The notes under the pieces are model-generated. The model was not told the DNA's origin and ran no database searches. It saw nothing but the letters and a program-made list of their open reading frames with translations. A program made the translations under genes and the position numbers. Shown here piece after piece: positions 46,776-56,327 of a stretch of 64,000 nucleotides of DNA; the stretch's first letter is position 1, and each line of letters starts with the position of its first letter. The stretch comes from Candidatus Latescibacterota bacterium (GTDB lineage Bacteria > Latescibacterota > UBA2968 > UBA8231): contig OZ241889.1 of assembly GCA_965203355.1 (NCBI GenBank), positions 3,296,001 to 3,360,000 on the forward strand. Direction: 5' to 3'.

Positions 46776-49700
46776 TCTACTACTGGCGGGTCCACGTAGG
46801 GCTGCTGCTGGGGACCGCGGTCGCCACAACCGCCCTGACCGGGGCCCTCCTAGTCGGCGACTCCATGCGCGGCAGTTTGCGCGACTTGGCTTTGGAGCGT
46901 CTAGGCCGCATTGACTACGCGCTACTGGCCGAGCATTTCTTCCGCAGCGACTTGACCACCGAACACGCGCCGGTCATCCTCCTCAACGGCAGTGCCCGCC
47001 ACGCCGCCACCCAAGCGCTCGCCCGTGGCGTACAAATCCAAGGCATTGACGCCCGCTTTGCCGCGCTCTTTCCCGCCAGCGACCCCACCTGGCGCGCCGC
47101 CCTCAAACCAACGCCCGAGTCGCCGTTTCCCGCCCTCGTGGTCAGTGCTTCGCTGCAACGCGCCCTCGGCCTCGCACTGGGCGACGCGGTCCTGCTCTCG
47201 CTGGAACGCCCCAGCCCAACGTACCGCGAATCCCTCTTTGGCCGCCGTGCCACCGACGATCTCGTCGCCACGCTGCGCGTGGTGCTCACCGGCGTCTTGC
47301 CCGACCAAGGGGCCGGACGCTTCGGCCTGCGACCGCACCAGCACCTGCCGCTCAACGCCTACCTCGACCTCCAAACCCTCCAGCGCGCACTCGACCAACC
47401 CGATCGCGTCAACGCCCTGCTCATCGCCGCGCCCAACAGCCAGCCTCAAGACCTGCGGCACGCGCTCGTCCAGCAGCTTACGCTCGCCGATCTGGGGCTG
47501 GACCTCGCGCTGCACGCCCATTACATCGAACTCACCAGCACCCGCTTCGTCCTCGACGACTCGACCCGCGCGGCCGCTCTGGCCAGCGCGGCCGCCCTAC
47601 AGCTCAAAACCGCGACCTTTTCGACTTATCTAGCCAACGCCCTGGCCGGCAACGGTCGCCAAGTCCCCTACTCAACCGTTACCGCCCTCGACGATCCCAC
47701 CGGCCTCTACCTCACCGACGGACAGCCCGCGCCGCCCCTCGCCCCGGACGCCCTCTACCTCGACGCTTGGACGGCCCAAGAACTGGCCGCCGCCCCCGGG
47801 GACTCCATATCGCTGACCTATTACGAGGTCGGCCCGCGCCACACCCTGCGAACCGAGCAAGCCCACTTCCGGCTCCAAGGGATTGTGCAGATGCGCGGCT
47901 TAGCTATTGACCCAACCCTCACGCCCGAATATCAAGGGTTGCAGGAAGAAGGCGACATGGCGGCTTGGGACGCGCCCTTCCCCATCGATCTGGGGCAAAT
48001 CCGCCCGCAGGACGAAGCCTACTGGGACCAGTACGGAGCCGCACCCAAAGCCTTCGTCGCCGCCCATGCGGGACAGCGCCTATGGGGCAGCCGCCACGGT
48101 GCGCTGACCGCCATCCGCTTCTATGCGGCTTCGCCCGCCCAGTACGAGCCTCTGCGCCAAGATCTGCTGGCGCGCCTGTCCCCAGCGGCACCTAATTTTT
48201 CTTTGCGTCCGGTCCGCCAAGAGGCCCGGTTAGCAGCAACCGGCGCCACGGATTTCAGCGGCCTCTTCATCGGCTTCAGCCTCTTCCTCATCGCCGCGGC
48301 CGCGCTATTAGTAGTTTTGCTGTGCAAGTTCGGCCTCGAACAACGCACGGGCGAAGCCGGGCTGCTGCTCGCCACCGGCTACGCACGCGCGGCAGTGCGC
48401 CGCCGCTTCTTGGGCGAGGGCCTGATATTAGCCGCGCTGGGCGCCCTACTCGGCCTAGCGGGTGCTCCGCTCTACGCCTATTTGATGTTGGTCGGCTTGC
48501 ACACCTGGTGGCTGGAGGCTATCGGCACGCCTTTTCTCTCTCTCCACGTTAGCGGATTGAGTTTAGGCGTGGGCTATCTAGCGACCTTGCTACTGGTCTC
48601 GCTCGCACTGTGGCGCACCGGGCAGCACTTCCAGCGGCTACCCATCCGCGCCCTACTCGCCGGCCCCCTCGACACGGCACCGCGACGGCCGCGCCGCCGC
48701 AGCACCATGCTGGCCGCGCTCGGCTTGGTCCTCGCCCTGGCCTTAAGCGCCCTCGCCCGTACGGCCGACGCCGGCCCGGCCGCCGCGCTTTTCTTCGGCA
48801 GCGGCACCGCCGCCCTGTTGGCTCTGTTGGCCCTGTTCGCGGCATGGTTGCGCCCTCGGGCATCGCGCCGCCTCCGCTCCAGTTTTGGCTTAGGCCTACT
48901 CAACAGTGCCCGCAAGCCCAGCCGCAGCACCCTCTGCACATCCCTCGTTGCGGGCGCCACCTTTGTCATCGTCGCCGCCGGAGCCCACCGACACGTCGAG
49001 TGGTCAGACGATTCGGGCACGGGCGGCTTCTCGCTCGTCGCCGAGGCCGAGATTCCCCTGCACCAAAGCCTCAACAGGGCGGACGGTCGCTTTGAATTGG
49101 GGTTGTCGGCAGGCTTGGGCACCGCGCGCTTTTTTCCCTTTCGCGTCCTGCCCGGCGACGATGTGAGCTGCCTCAACCTCTACATACCCCAAACCCCGCG
49201 CGTCCTCGGCGCCCCGGCCGAATTCATCCAGCGCGGCGGCTGGTCCTTCCGCCAGACCCTCCCCCTGACGCCGGACGAGCGCGCCAATCCCTGGCGCTTG
49301 CTCCAGCGCGATTTGGGGCCGGGCGTCGTCCCAGCCATTGGCGATTTTAATTCGGCGCAGTGGATTTTGCACAAGCGTCTAGGCGACGACATTCCCATTG
49401 CCGAGGGCTTGGCCGGGCGGTTGGTCGGGCTGTTGGACGGCAGCCTGTTCCAGAGCGAGTTGCTCATTGCCGAAGATCGCTTCGCCGCGTACTTCCCGGC
49501 CCGCGAAGGCTACGGCTACTTCCTCGTCGAAACGGAACGACCAGCCGCCATCGCCGCCGCGCTCGAAAAGGGGCTAGCAGCCTACGGTCTCGACGCCACC
49601 TTGAGCGCCGAGCGCCTCCGCGGCTACCGCGCCGTTGAAAACACGTACCTCGCGACCTTTCAGACTTTGGGCTTGCTTGGCTTGCTTTTGGGGACGCTCG

Positions 49701-50020
49701 GTTTGGGGATTCTCATGCTGCGCAACGTCCTCGAGCGCCGGGGCGAGTTGGCGGCTTTGAGTGCCTGTGGCTTTCGCCGGGCCCGCCTAGGGGCGATGCT
49801 GCTCTGCGAACACGGTTTCCTCCTGCTGGCCGGCGAAGGGATCGGCAGCGTCGCCGCCCTCATCGCCGTGGCCCCCCGCGTCTTCGACCCAACCCCCTTG
49901 CCTTGGGCTTCGCTGCTCGTTTCGCTCGGCTTGGTCTTGGCCGCCGGCCTGTTGGCGTGTGCCGCCGCCAGTCACGCGGCCCTGCGCCGCCCCCTACTCG
50001 CAGCACTCAAGGCCGAGTGA
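46760..50020 (+). CDS. Large FtsX/MacB-type ABC permease with two periplasmic domains
   Basis: GTG start after GAGGGA; YYWR, GALLVGDSMRGSL, EQR..E.GLL.A.G and ERRGELA.L.A.GF motifs. Confidence 0.85.
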   Translation: MRPSLIYYWRVHVGLLLGTAVATTALTGALLVGDSMRGSLRDLALERLGRIDYALLAEHFFRSDLTTEHAPVILLNGSARHAATQALARGVQIQGIDARFAALFPASDPTWRAALKPTPESPFPALVVSASLQRALGLALGDAVLLSLERPSPTYRESLFGRRATDDLVATLRVVLTGVLPDQGAGRFGLRPHQHLPLNAYLDLQTLQRALDQPDRVNALLIAAPNSQPQDLRHALVQQLTLADLGLDLALHAHYIELTSTRFVLDDSTRAAALASAAALQLKTATFSTYLANALAGNGRQVPYSTVTALDDPTGLYLTDGQPAPPLAPDALYLDAWTAQELAAAPGDSISLTYYEVGPRHTLRTEQAHFRLQGIVQMRGLAIDPTLTPEYQGLQEEGDMAAWDAPFPIDLGQIRPQDEAYWDQYGAAPKAFVAAHAGQRLWGSRHGALTAIRFYAASPAQYEPLRQDLLARLSPAAPNFSLRPVRQEARLAATGATDFSGLFIGFSLFLIAAAALLVVLLCKFGLEQRTGEAGLLLATGYARAAVRRRFLGEGLILAALGALLGLAGAPLYAYLMLVGLHTWWLEAIGTPFLSLHVSGLSLGVGYLATLLLVSLALWRTGQHFQRLPIRALLAGPLDTAPRRPRRRSTMLAALGLVLALALSALARTADAGPAAALFFGSGTAALLALLALFAAWLRPRASRRLRSSFGLGLLNSARKPSRSTLCTSLVAGATFVIVAAGAHRHVEWSDDSGTGGFSLVAEAEIPLHQSLNRADGRFELGLSAGLGTARFFPFRVLPGDDVSCLNLYIPQTPRVLGAPAEFIQRGGWSFRQTLPLTPDERANPWRLLQRDLGPGVVPAIGDFNSAQWILHKRLGDDIPIAEGLAGRLVGLLDGSLFQSELLIAEDRFAAYFPAREGYGYFLVETERPAAIAAALEKGLAAYGLDATLSAERLRGYRAVENTYLATFQTLGLLGLLLGTLGLGILMLRNVLERRGELAALSACGFRRARLGAMLLCEHGFLLLAGEGIGSVAALIAVAPRVFDPTPLPWASLLVSLGLVLAAGLLACAAASHAALRRPLLAALKAE

Positions 50021-50026
50021 CCAACG

Positions 50027-51307
50027 CTACAGACCGATGCAGTACAGATGCGACTCCGTCCGCAGAAAAATCCGCCCCCCGGCCAAGGCTAGCGACGACA
50101 GCGTATAGCTGCCATCAAGTTCGTTAGTCGCCAGCACCTGGTACTCGGGCCCGGCCTGTAGCACGGTCGTCACCGCATTTTCATTGACCACGTAGAGCTT
50201 GCCGTCGGCCAGCACCAGCGAGGCACTGACCGTCCCTTGGGCCGTGCGTTCCGGCCCCCACACCACCACACCCGTCTTGGCATTGAGACAGGTGACTCGC
50301 CCGCGGTCATCCACCATGTAGAAGTAGCGGCCATCAGCAACGGCCGAAGGCACGTCCGGCCCGCCCGCTCCCGTCCACTTCCACGCCAAGTGACTCTCGC
50401 TAATATCTCCGGTGCCACCGGCGCGGAACGCCAACACTGGATTGCGGCGACTGGTCGCGTACACCATGCCGGCAACCACAACCGGCGACCCGACCACCCG
50501 GTAATTCCGCTCCTTCTCCGGATTCAAACCACCCGCCCGCCAAACCTCCTCGCCGGTGGCGGGATCGTGGCCCGTGAGATAGTCGCCGCCGGAGACGACG
50601 ATTTGCGTCTGACCGTCGTGTTCGAGCACCACGGGCGTGGTATAGGCGTCCGGCGATTCGCCCACTGCGTCGGTGGGCCGTTCCCGCCGCCACGCCACTT
50701 CCCCAGTAGCCGCGTCAAAGGCAATCAGGTAGGAAGGATCGTCCGTGTTCATCCCGTGCAGGACCTCGACGAAGAGCTGGCCATCGTAGAGCAAGGGCGA
50801 AGAGGCGTAGCCCCACATCAGGCCGAAGGGCCCGTGCTCGGCCTGCAAGTCGTAGTGCCACAGTTCTCGACCTTCCATATCAAAGGCCCGGATCATCCCC
50901 GTACCCGCAACGGCCAACACGCGCTCGCCATCCGTGACCGGCGAGGGCGAAGTGTTGTTGTGCTTGCGCCAATAGGCATTGCCCTCGTCGAGCGTACGCT
51001 GCCACAACACGCGGCCATCGGCCGTTGACAAACAGCCCAAAAGCAGTTTTTCGCCGCCTTGGATCGCCTCGCCTGAATTGGGCGATGTCAAAAAGATCCG
51101 CGCGCCCCACACCACCGGCGTGCTCCCGCTCCAAGAGGGCAGTTTTCTGCTCCAGATCACGTTCTCGCTCGTGCTCCAAGTCGCCGGTAGATTCACCGCC
51201 GCGCTGACCCCGTTGTGGCTGGGGCCGCGCCACTGGGGCCAATGCTCTTCAGCATTGGCGTACCACGCGGCCAAAAGCAGCAGTGAGACGATGGTGTATT
51301 TTTTCAT
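50027..51307 (-). CDS. Secreted PQQ-like beta-propeller protein
   Basis: Signal peptide, HWPQWRGP, LPATWS..NVIW, SPSPVTDG, GYASSP. Confidence 0.8.
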   Translation of the reverse strand: MKKYTIVSLLLLAAWYANAEEHWPQWRGPSHNGVSAAVNLPATWSTSENVIWSRKLPSWSGSTPVVWGARIFLTSPNSGEAIQGGEKLLLGCLSTADGRVLWQRTLDEGNAYWRKHNNTSPSPVTDGERVLAVAGTGMIRAFDMEGRELWHYDLQAEHGPFGLMWGYASSPLLYDGQLFVEVLHGMNTDDPSYLIAFDAATGEVAWRRERPTDAVGESPDAYTTPVVLEHDGQTQIVVSGGDYLTGHDPATGEEVWRAGGLNPEKERNYRVVGSPVVVAGMVYATSRRNPVLAFRAGGTGDISESHLAWKWTGAGGPDVPSAVADGRYFYMVDDRGRVTCLNAKTGVVVWGPERTAQGTVSASLVLADGKLYVVNENAVTTVLQAGPEYQVLATNELDGSYTLSSLALAGGRIFLRTESHLYCIGL

Positions 51308-51474
51308 GGTTGGCTCCTCTCTATTATCGACAAAAGTACACCCTAAGCCGCCAGTTGAATGGTTGGTCTCCTTGTTTTTGTAGCTAAAAATAAATGGAGA
51401 TTGAGTTCGATCCCAATGACCGGCAAAGTTTGCTCAAGCCCCTGTTCAGCAAGGCCGAACGGAGGCCACCCCTT

Positions 51475-52476
51475 TTACTGATCCGTTATCCGCCGCAACT
51501 GGTTGGCCCTCTCAATAAGTTGGGGATTGGGCCAATCCGCTTTATTCGTCGGCAAGTGTATTTGAGAGTCCAAGTAACCGCGCAAATCGTCGAGGCCGTC
51601 GTCGAGTCGCTGGCTTTTTAATTCATCCGCTTTCTGTTTATTGAGCCGCATGTAGTATGTTGTATCGAGATAAATCAAACTGCTGTCGTACGCTCGATGT
51701 ATGGTCGGCGACAGTGCGATGCCATTAGAAATATCATCTGTTCCCTGGGCACCTACTGGCACAATGTGGGCGGCATCAACGAGATTGAGTTGTGCTCTCG
51801 TCACCGCACAGCGGCGCGCATAAGCATTCATAACTTGCCGCCGAAAACTCGACGTACGCGCATAGAAACTTATCGATTCGACGATTCTTTGCCGCTCTTT
51901 CGCCAGTTTCCCCATTTCTTGCGGCCTTATTTCCTCCAACTGAGCCGCCTTTCGCAAGAGGGTGTATGTCGAAAGATCGCCTCCGTATTGATGCAGAGAG
52001 ACCGCATTAAACACGTAATTCAGAAATTGATCTGGACGAATCCCAACGGCTATTTCTTGGTTGTCTTTGCGAGAAAAAGCCAAGCCGTCTCCAAGAGCCG
52101 TGTGAATAGCTCCTATATCGACCTGAACAGAGGGCGAACCTGCTGTGAATGTGTGATGTTTATCTATGTCAAAACCTGCAAACATATCGCTCTCAGCGTG
52201 ATAACCCAGTAACACAGTATGACCGCTTGGATTGATCGCTAGTGGAGCGGAAATCGAAGTCATCTGAATTCTGTACTCGTCCGGTAAAGACTGCCGACCG
52301 CCGTGAGTGAGTGTCCAGATATAGACCCAAAGTGAAATGGTATCGTCGCCATATTGAACCAAAAATTCTCTAGGATGAGTGGCTAGTTGCTCAGACATAT
52401 AGAAACCACTACCACCCGACATTTGTATGGCGCGAAGAATGGCATCAACGAGTTGAGTAGGTGGAACAGCAGGCAT
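51475..52476 (-). CDS. HNH endonuclease with N-terminal methylase-associated domain
   Basis: C-terminal FR..V..AY..RCAVT...DAAHIVP...NGIALSPTIHRAYD; N-terminal VYIWTLTHGG...EYRIQ. Confidence 0.8.
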   Translation of the reverse strand: MPAVPPTQLVDAILRAIQMSGGSGFYMSEQLATHPREFLVQYGDDTISLWVYIWTLTHGGRQSLPDEYRIQMTSISAPLAINPSGHTVLLGYHAESDMFAGFDIDKHHTFTAGSPSVQVDIGAIHTALGDGLAFSRKDNQEIAVGIRPDQFLNYVFNAVSLHQYGGDLSTYTLLRKAAQLEEIRPQEMGKLAKERQRIVESISFYARTSSFRRQVMNAYARRCAVTRAQLNLVDAAHIVPVGAQGTDDISNGIALSPTIHRAYDSSLIYLDTTYYMRLNKQKADELKSQRLDDGLDDLRGYLDSQIHLPTNKADWPNPQLIERANQLRRITDQ

Positions 52477-52482
52477 AGTTTC

Positions 52483-53481
52483 CTAGGTCGCTTTTTTGTT
52501 TTTAGGTCTTTTCTTGCCCCCATCGTCCGACAGGGCTTCTTCACCATCGGTTCCATTCCACATCGCCGCAGGGTGGCAAAGGCTGTAAGAAGGCACTTTC
52601 TTTTTGCCTTTATGTTTGGTCTCAAACCTAAAAAGACTGCCGGCAAGGTATTCTTTGACGAGATCACAGCAGAGCCATTTGCGCTGCAATCGCTCGGCAA
52701 CTTCTCCCGTTACACAAGAACCCGCTAAAGGGTCGAACACTAAGTCGCCCTTATCGGTGAGCATCCTAATAAAGTACTCGGGCAATTCAGCCGGGAAGCG
52801 CGCGGGATGCGGTTTTATATCGTGCTCCTTGCAAAGTCGCAAGTAGTTGGAATTGCTCTCGGTGTTGGGAATTGCGATGAGATTGGGCGGAATAGAAGCA
52901 CCATTATCAATGTTAAACTTTTCACTAATATCGTGCCCACTCGGCCTCAGCTTGGCTTTATATCCACTTTTGAGCAATCCTTTCATTGAATTGCTATAGG
53001 GAATCAGAACCCGGCGATTGCTAGCTTTCGGCCAAGGAGTTGGCGAAAGCCACCAGACGCAATTGACTGCATCTTTAACTCGAACTCGCCGGATGTTCAC
53101 CCACTCGGCTGGCGTAGGCAATTTTGAAGGATTCCACCAGAAGAATTCTTGGGCGAGATGAAAATCGAATTCCCGACAAAGCATAATCAAAAGCTCGTAG
53201 TGATAAAGAGAGCGAGTCGGTTGCCCTGGAATCCAAGCACCACCAATGTCAATGACCAGCGAGCCATTGTCCTTGAGGATGCGTATAAATTCTTTGGCAA
53301 AGGGCCGAAACCAGTCGAGGTATTGATCCGCATCGACATTGCCGTAGTCTTTTTTGCGGACCAAGCCAAATGGCGGGGACGTCATAATCAGATTAACGCT
53401 TTTATCCCCAACACCCACCATGAGATCGAGTGCGTCGCCCCAGTAGATTTCCCCTAAATCGGTTTTGTAAAATAGTTCCAT
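52483..53481 (-). CDS. N4-cytosine DNA methyltransferase, M.PvuII-like (beta class)
   Basis: TSPPF..RKK.YGN, NPSKLP.P.EWVN.R..RVKDAVN, RPSGHDI, IPPNL, HPARFP, DPLAGS. Confidence 0.9.
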   Translation of the reverse strand: MELFYKTDLGEIYWGDALDLMVGVGDKSVNLIMTSPPFGLVRKKDYGNVDADQYLDWFRPFAKEFIRILKDNGSLVIDIGGAWIPGQPTRSLYHYELLIMLCREFDFHLAQEFFWWNPSKLPTPAEWVNIRRVRVKDAVNCVWWLSPTPWPKASNRRVLIPYSNSMKGLLKSGYKAKLRPSGHDISEKFNIDNGASIPPNLIAIPNTESNSNYLRLCKEHDIKPHPARFPAELPEYFIRMLTDKGDLVFDPLAGSCVTGEVAERLQRKWLCCDLVKEYLAGSLFRFETKHKGKKKVPSYSLCHPAAMWNGTDGEEALSDDGGKKRPKNKKAT

Positions 53482-53509
53482 ATCTCAAATAACCTCCTAA
53501 TTTGAGATA
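53481..53509 (-). promoter_or_regulatory. 10-bp inverted repeat enclosing the methylase Shine-Dalgarno
   Basis: TATCTCAAAT 53481-53490 and ATTTGAGATA 53500-53509; the loop reads TAGGAGGTT on the - strand. Confidence 0.7.
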
Positions 53510-53634
53510 AAAATTTACTCCGCTCCTTAGCCAACGGCACCCCGGATTGCCGGACTCGTTGTCAACCCAATCCCGGCGTAGTAGCGACTTCAATATACGA
53601 CAATCCCCTCACCCACGCTGCCGGCGGGGCTCCC

Positions 53635-55113
53635 CTACGGCTGCGGCATCAGTTGCTCCTCCACGATCCGCAAAAAACGCGCCACCGGTCCAACCTCGGC
53701 CCCCACCAAGCGCGCATATTCCCGCGCATCCTCTGCCCGCCCAGCCCAAACCAATTCAGACGCCAACGCCTGAAACAAACTCAACGCATAGCGACGGCGA
53801 AAATCCTCAACCCAAAAAGCGCGTTCCAAGTGCAACAAGGCCAAATCGCGCTCGCCAAGCAAATGATAGAACTGGCCCTGGGCGAAATCGACAAAAGACG
53901 CGCCCACCGCTGGATCGCGTGCGAGAAATTCCGCCTGTTTCAGGGCGGCTCGCAGCGCGTGCCGCTGCTCATCGGTAAGCGCCATCCCCTGCATCTTGAG
54001 GCACCACCCCCACTGAACCGCCGCCCACAACCCACGCCGCGTAAACGGCACCTCGCGGAGCGCCGCCGCGTAGTGAGCCTGTGCCCGCGCAAAATCCCGC
54101 GCAGTGAAAAGCTGATCCGCGACCGCGAGCACCAACGGCCCCTGCCGCCCCTGCTCAACCCACTGCTCAACGCCGCGCCATTCGGCCGGCGACAACCGCT
54201 GTCTCTCCATGACCGCCAGTTGTTTGAGATAGCGCGCATTGTGCCCATTGTATTGGTGCAAGGGTGCTTGTGCGAGCATCGCCCCCATCTTGTTGTACGC
54301 CACCACGCGCTCCACCGGCAGATCGCCCAAATCGCGCCGATACGCCGCCTCACTCCGCAATAACGCCAAGTCAATCGCCTCCAACGCGGCGATACGGCCC
54401 AGAACGGTCCGCGCCAACAAAGCCTGCCCAGCAACCGAGAAGTGAACGTGATCCACCATCCACTCCCAACCCACGCCCGACGCGGGTGCCGCCGCGCCAA
54501 ACGCAGCCTCCACATCCGCCAAAACCGCCCCATGCTCGGCCGCGACAGCGCGGATCACCGCATTGTGGGCGGTGGGAGCGCGCCACGGCATGGTGTCCAA
54601 ATCCCGCGCCTTGCGAAAGGCGCGCGTGAAAAAGCGGATTCGATCGACCGCAAACAAGCCGCCGAGATCGAACAACAAGGTTTTGCCAAACCGCAAATCA
54701 TCCCCCACGTTCACCCGATTGGACCCCTTCTCTTCGTAATAGGCTGTCGCGGGATCGCCGTCGTGGACCAAGTTGGTGTCATCGGTTTCGATCCAGGCTT
54801 GAAAGCCCTGGGTATGTAGATAGCCGCCGCGATCATGGACCGTCGTCGCGATATTGACATCCGCCGGAAAGAACAAGGGCGCAATGCCATCGGGCGCAAT
54901 CGTCAGGGATTCGCTTGCTCCCTGCAAGTCAGCATCGAGTTCGGCCCAGCTAAATTGGACGAAATCGGCTTGTCCGCTGGCCACCTCGGGCGGCACCGGC
55001 AAGCCCTCGCCGCCCAGGCGATAGACGGTCAATCCCGCCGCCGGCATGCTGCTGACGGCCAACAAAAACGCGGCGCAACAACCGCTAAATGCGACCATGC
55101 TCACTTCTCCCAA
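53635..55113 (-). CDS. Probable chimeric ORF: secreted-protein N-terminus fused to SGNH/TPR C-terminus
   Basis: TVYRLGG...DGDPAT...FDLGGLFAVDRIRFF is abruptly followed by KARDLD.MPWRA...DHVHF..G..LLA and helical repeats. Confidence 0.55.
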   Translation of the reverse strand: MGEVSMVAFSGCCAAFLLAVSSMPAAGLTVYRLGGEGLPVPPEVASGQADFVQFSWAELDADLQGASESLTIAPDGIAPLFFPADVNIATTVHDRGGYLHTQGFQAWIETDDTNLVHDGDPATAYYEEKGSNRVNVGDDLRFGKTLLFDLGGLFAVDRIRFFTRAFRKARDLDTMPWRAPTAHNAVIRAVAAEHGAVLADVEAAFGAAAPASGVGWEWMVDHVHFSVAGQALLARTVLGRIAALEAIDLALLRSEAAYRRDLGDLPVERVVAYNKMGAMLAQAPLHQYNGHNARYLKQLAVMERQRLSPAEWRGVEQWVEQGRQGPLVLAVADQLFTARDFARAQAHYAAALREVPFTRRGLWAAVQWGWCLKMQGMALTDEQRHALRAALKQAEFLARDPAVGASFVDFAQGQFYHLLGERDLALLHLERAFWVEDFRRRYALSLFQALASELVWAGRAEDAREYARLVGAEVGPVARFLRIVEEQLMPQP

Positions 55114-55130
55114 AGGGAAGAACTTAACGC

Positions 55131-55172
55131 AGAAATCCGAAGGGGAGATGCACGAGACACCTCCCCTTCGGA
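55131..55172 (-). terminator. Intrinsic terminator-like hairpin
   Basis: TCCGAAGGGGAG 55136-55147 and CTCCCCTTCGGA 55161-55172, followed by TTTCT on the - strand, downstream of 55210-56163. Confidence 0.65.
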
Positions 55173-55209
55173 GACTACGGTTTACTGATAGTTGGGAACG
55201 AGAAGCGAG

Positions 55210-56163
55210 CTACTGGATATAGGCCGCCTTGATGCGTCCCCAGCTTTCTTCTTCTACCGCGGTTTCAATGCGGCTGAAATCCACGCGCGGATCGATCGGG
55301 GCCAGCAGGAAGTCCGAGCAGTTGACGCAGTCGAACCACATCTGGATGTTGGGATTGATGCCCCAGCCGCCGTCGCTGGCTCCGCCATTGTCCTCTTCGG
55401 CCGAGTCCATGTCGTGGACGACCCAGCCCATACCGATGGTATGGCCTTCGGTAAAGGTGTGGATCTGGCTCTCGTCCGGGCCGACCCAGTGAAAGTCGTC
55501 CCAAGCGACCGTCATCACCTCAATCCGCGCTGTAACCTCGCCGGAGTTGACTTCGCCATCGAGCTGAAAACCGTAATCGCCCCACGGAGGCACATCGTGC
55601 CAAGTGGACTTGCTGTTGAAGAACCACTTCCAGCCGACGGCCCGGTTGGCGTCGGGCATTTCGGGCCAGACGTAGTGGGCGTTCTGGGCAAAACGGCCTT
55701 GGTTGCGCTGGCGCTCGTCTTCGTCTTCGTAATCTTCGGGCAGGGCAAAATGCCGGTCGCCACCGTGGTCGGCGTCGATCATGATTTCCCAGCTATCATC
55801 GCCCGCGGCGACCGCGCCAACGCCATTGCGATCCCAGTAGTTGTCAAAGCGCTCCATCATCAGATAGAGGCGGTTGGTCCCGGCGCTCCAAGAACCCACC
55901 ACCCGAAACGACAGATTGCTCTCGTCGTTTTCGTGGCCCAAGCCGAGATAGTACTCGAAGTGCGAGTCAAAGGGAACGTAGTAGTCCTCGGGGACGATAT
56001 CCCATTCAGAAAGGTCGCCATCCAAGGTCGGCTCCTGGCCAGCCGGCCACTGGAAAAGCGTGCCGGAGTCGATGCCGGGGATCGGCACGTGCGCCGATAC
56101 CGCGCTGGCCTGCAACAGGATGCCCAAGGCCAAGATACTCGCGATGCTCAAAATCTTCTTCAT
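55210..56163 (-). CDS. Secreted acidic CBM9/DOMON-like protein with C-terminal TAVE..SWGRIK motif
   Basis: SD GAGGTG before MKKILS; PTLDGDLSEW, DSWEIMIDAD, IGMGWVVHDMD. Confidence 0.65.
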   Translation of the reverse strand: MKKILSIASILALGILLQASAVSAHVPIPGIDSGTLFQWPAGQEPTLDGDLSEWDIVPEDYYVPFDSHFEYYLGLGHENDESNLSFRVVGSWSAGTNRLYLMMERFDNYWDRNGVGAVAAGDDSWEIMIDADHGGDRHFALPEDYEDEDERQRNQGRFAQNAHYVWPEMPDANRAVGWKWFFNSKSTWHDVPPWGDYGFQLDGEVNSGEVTARIEVMTVAWDDFHWVGPDESQIHTFTEGHTIGMGWVVHDMDSAEEDNGGASDGGWGINPNIQMWFDCVNCSDFLLAPIDPRVDFSRIETAVEEESWGRIKAAYIQ

Positions 56164-56327
56164 AATGCGATTCACCTCATGGGTTCGTGGTTTGAACATT
56201 CGTCAAAAAACAAAGGGTGCTTCTGACGCCTACAACAGCTTTTCTTTACCTCCTTTCAACAGCGCTTAAATGGCCAAATATCCATAAGAATTCAGCACAG
56301 TATATAAAAAGGAACGGCAAGAGACAA

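Noticed and set aside
51394-51621. BrnT-like toxin (starts MEIEFDPN)
   Set aside because: The resemblance covers only about 8 residues and the rest overlaps the HNH gene antisense; at most a remnant
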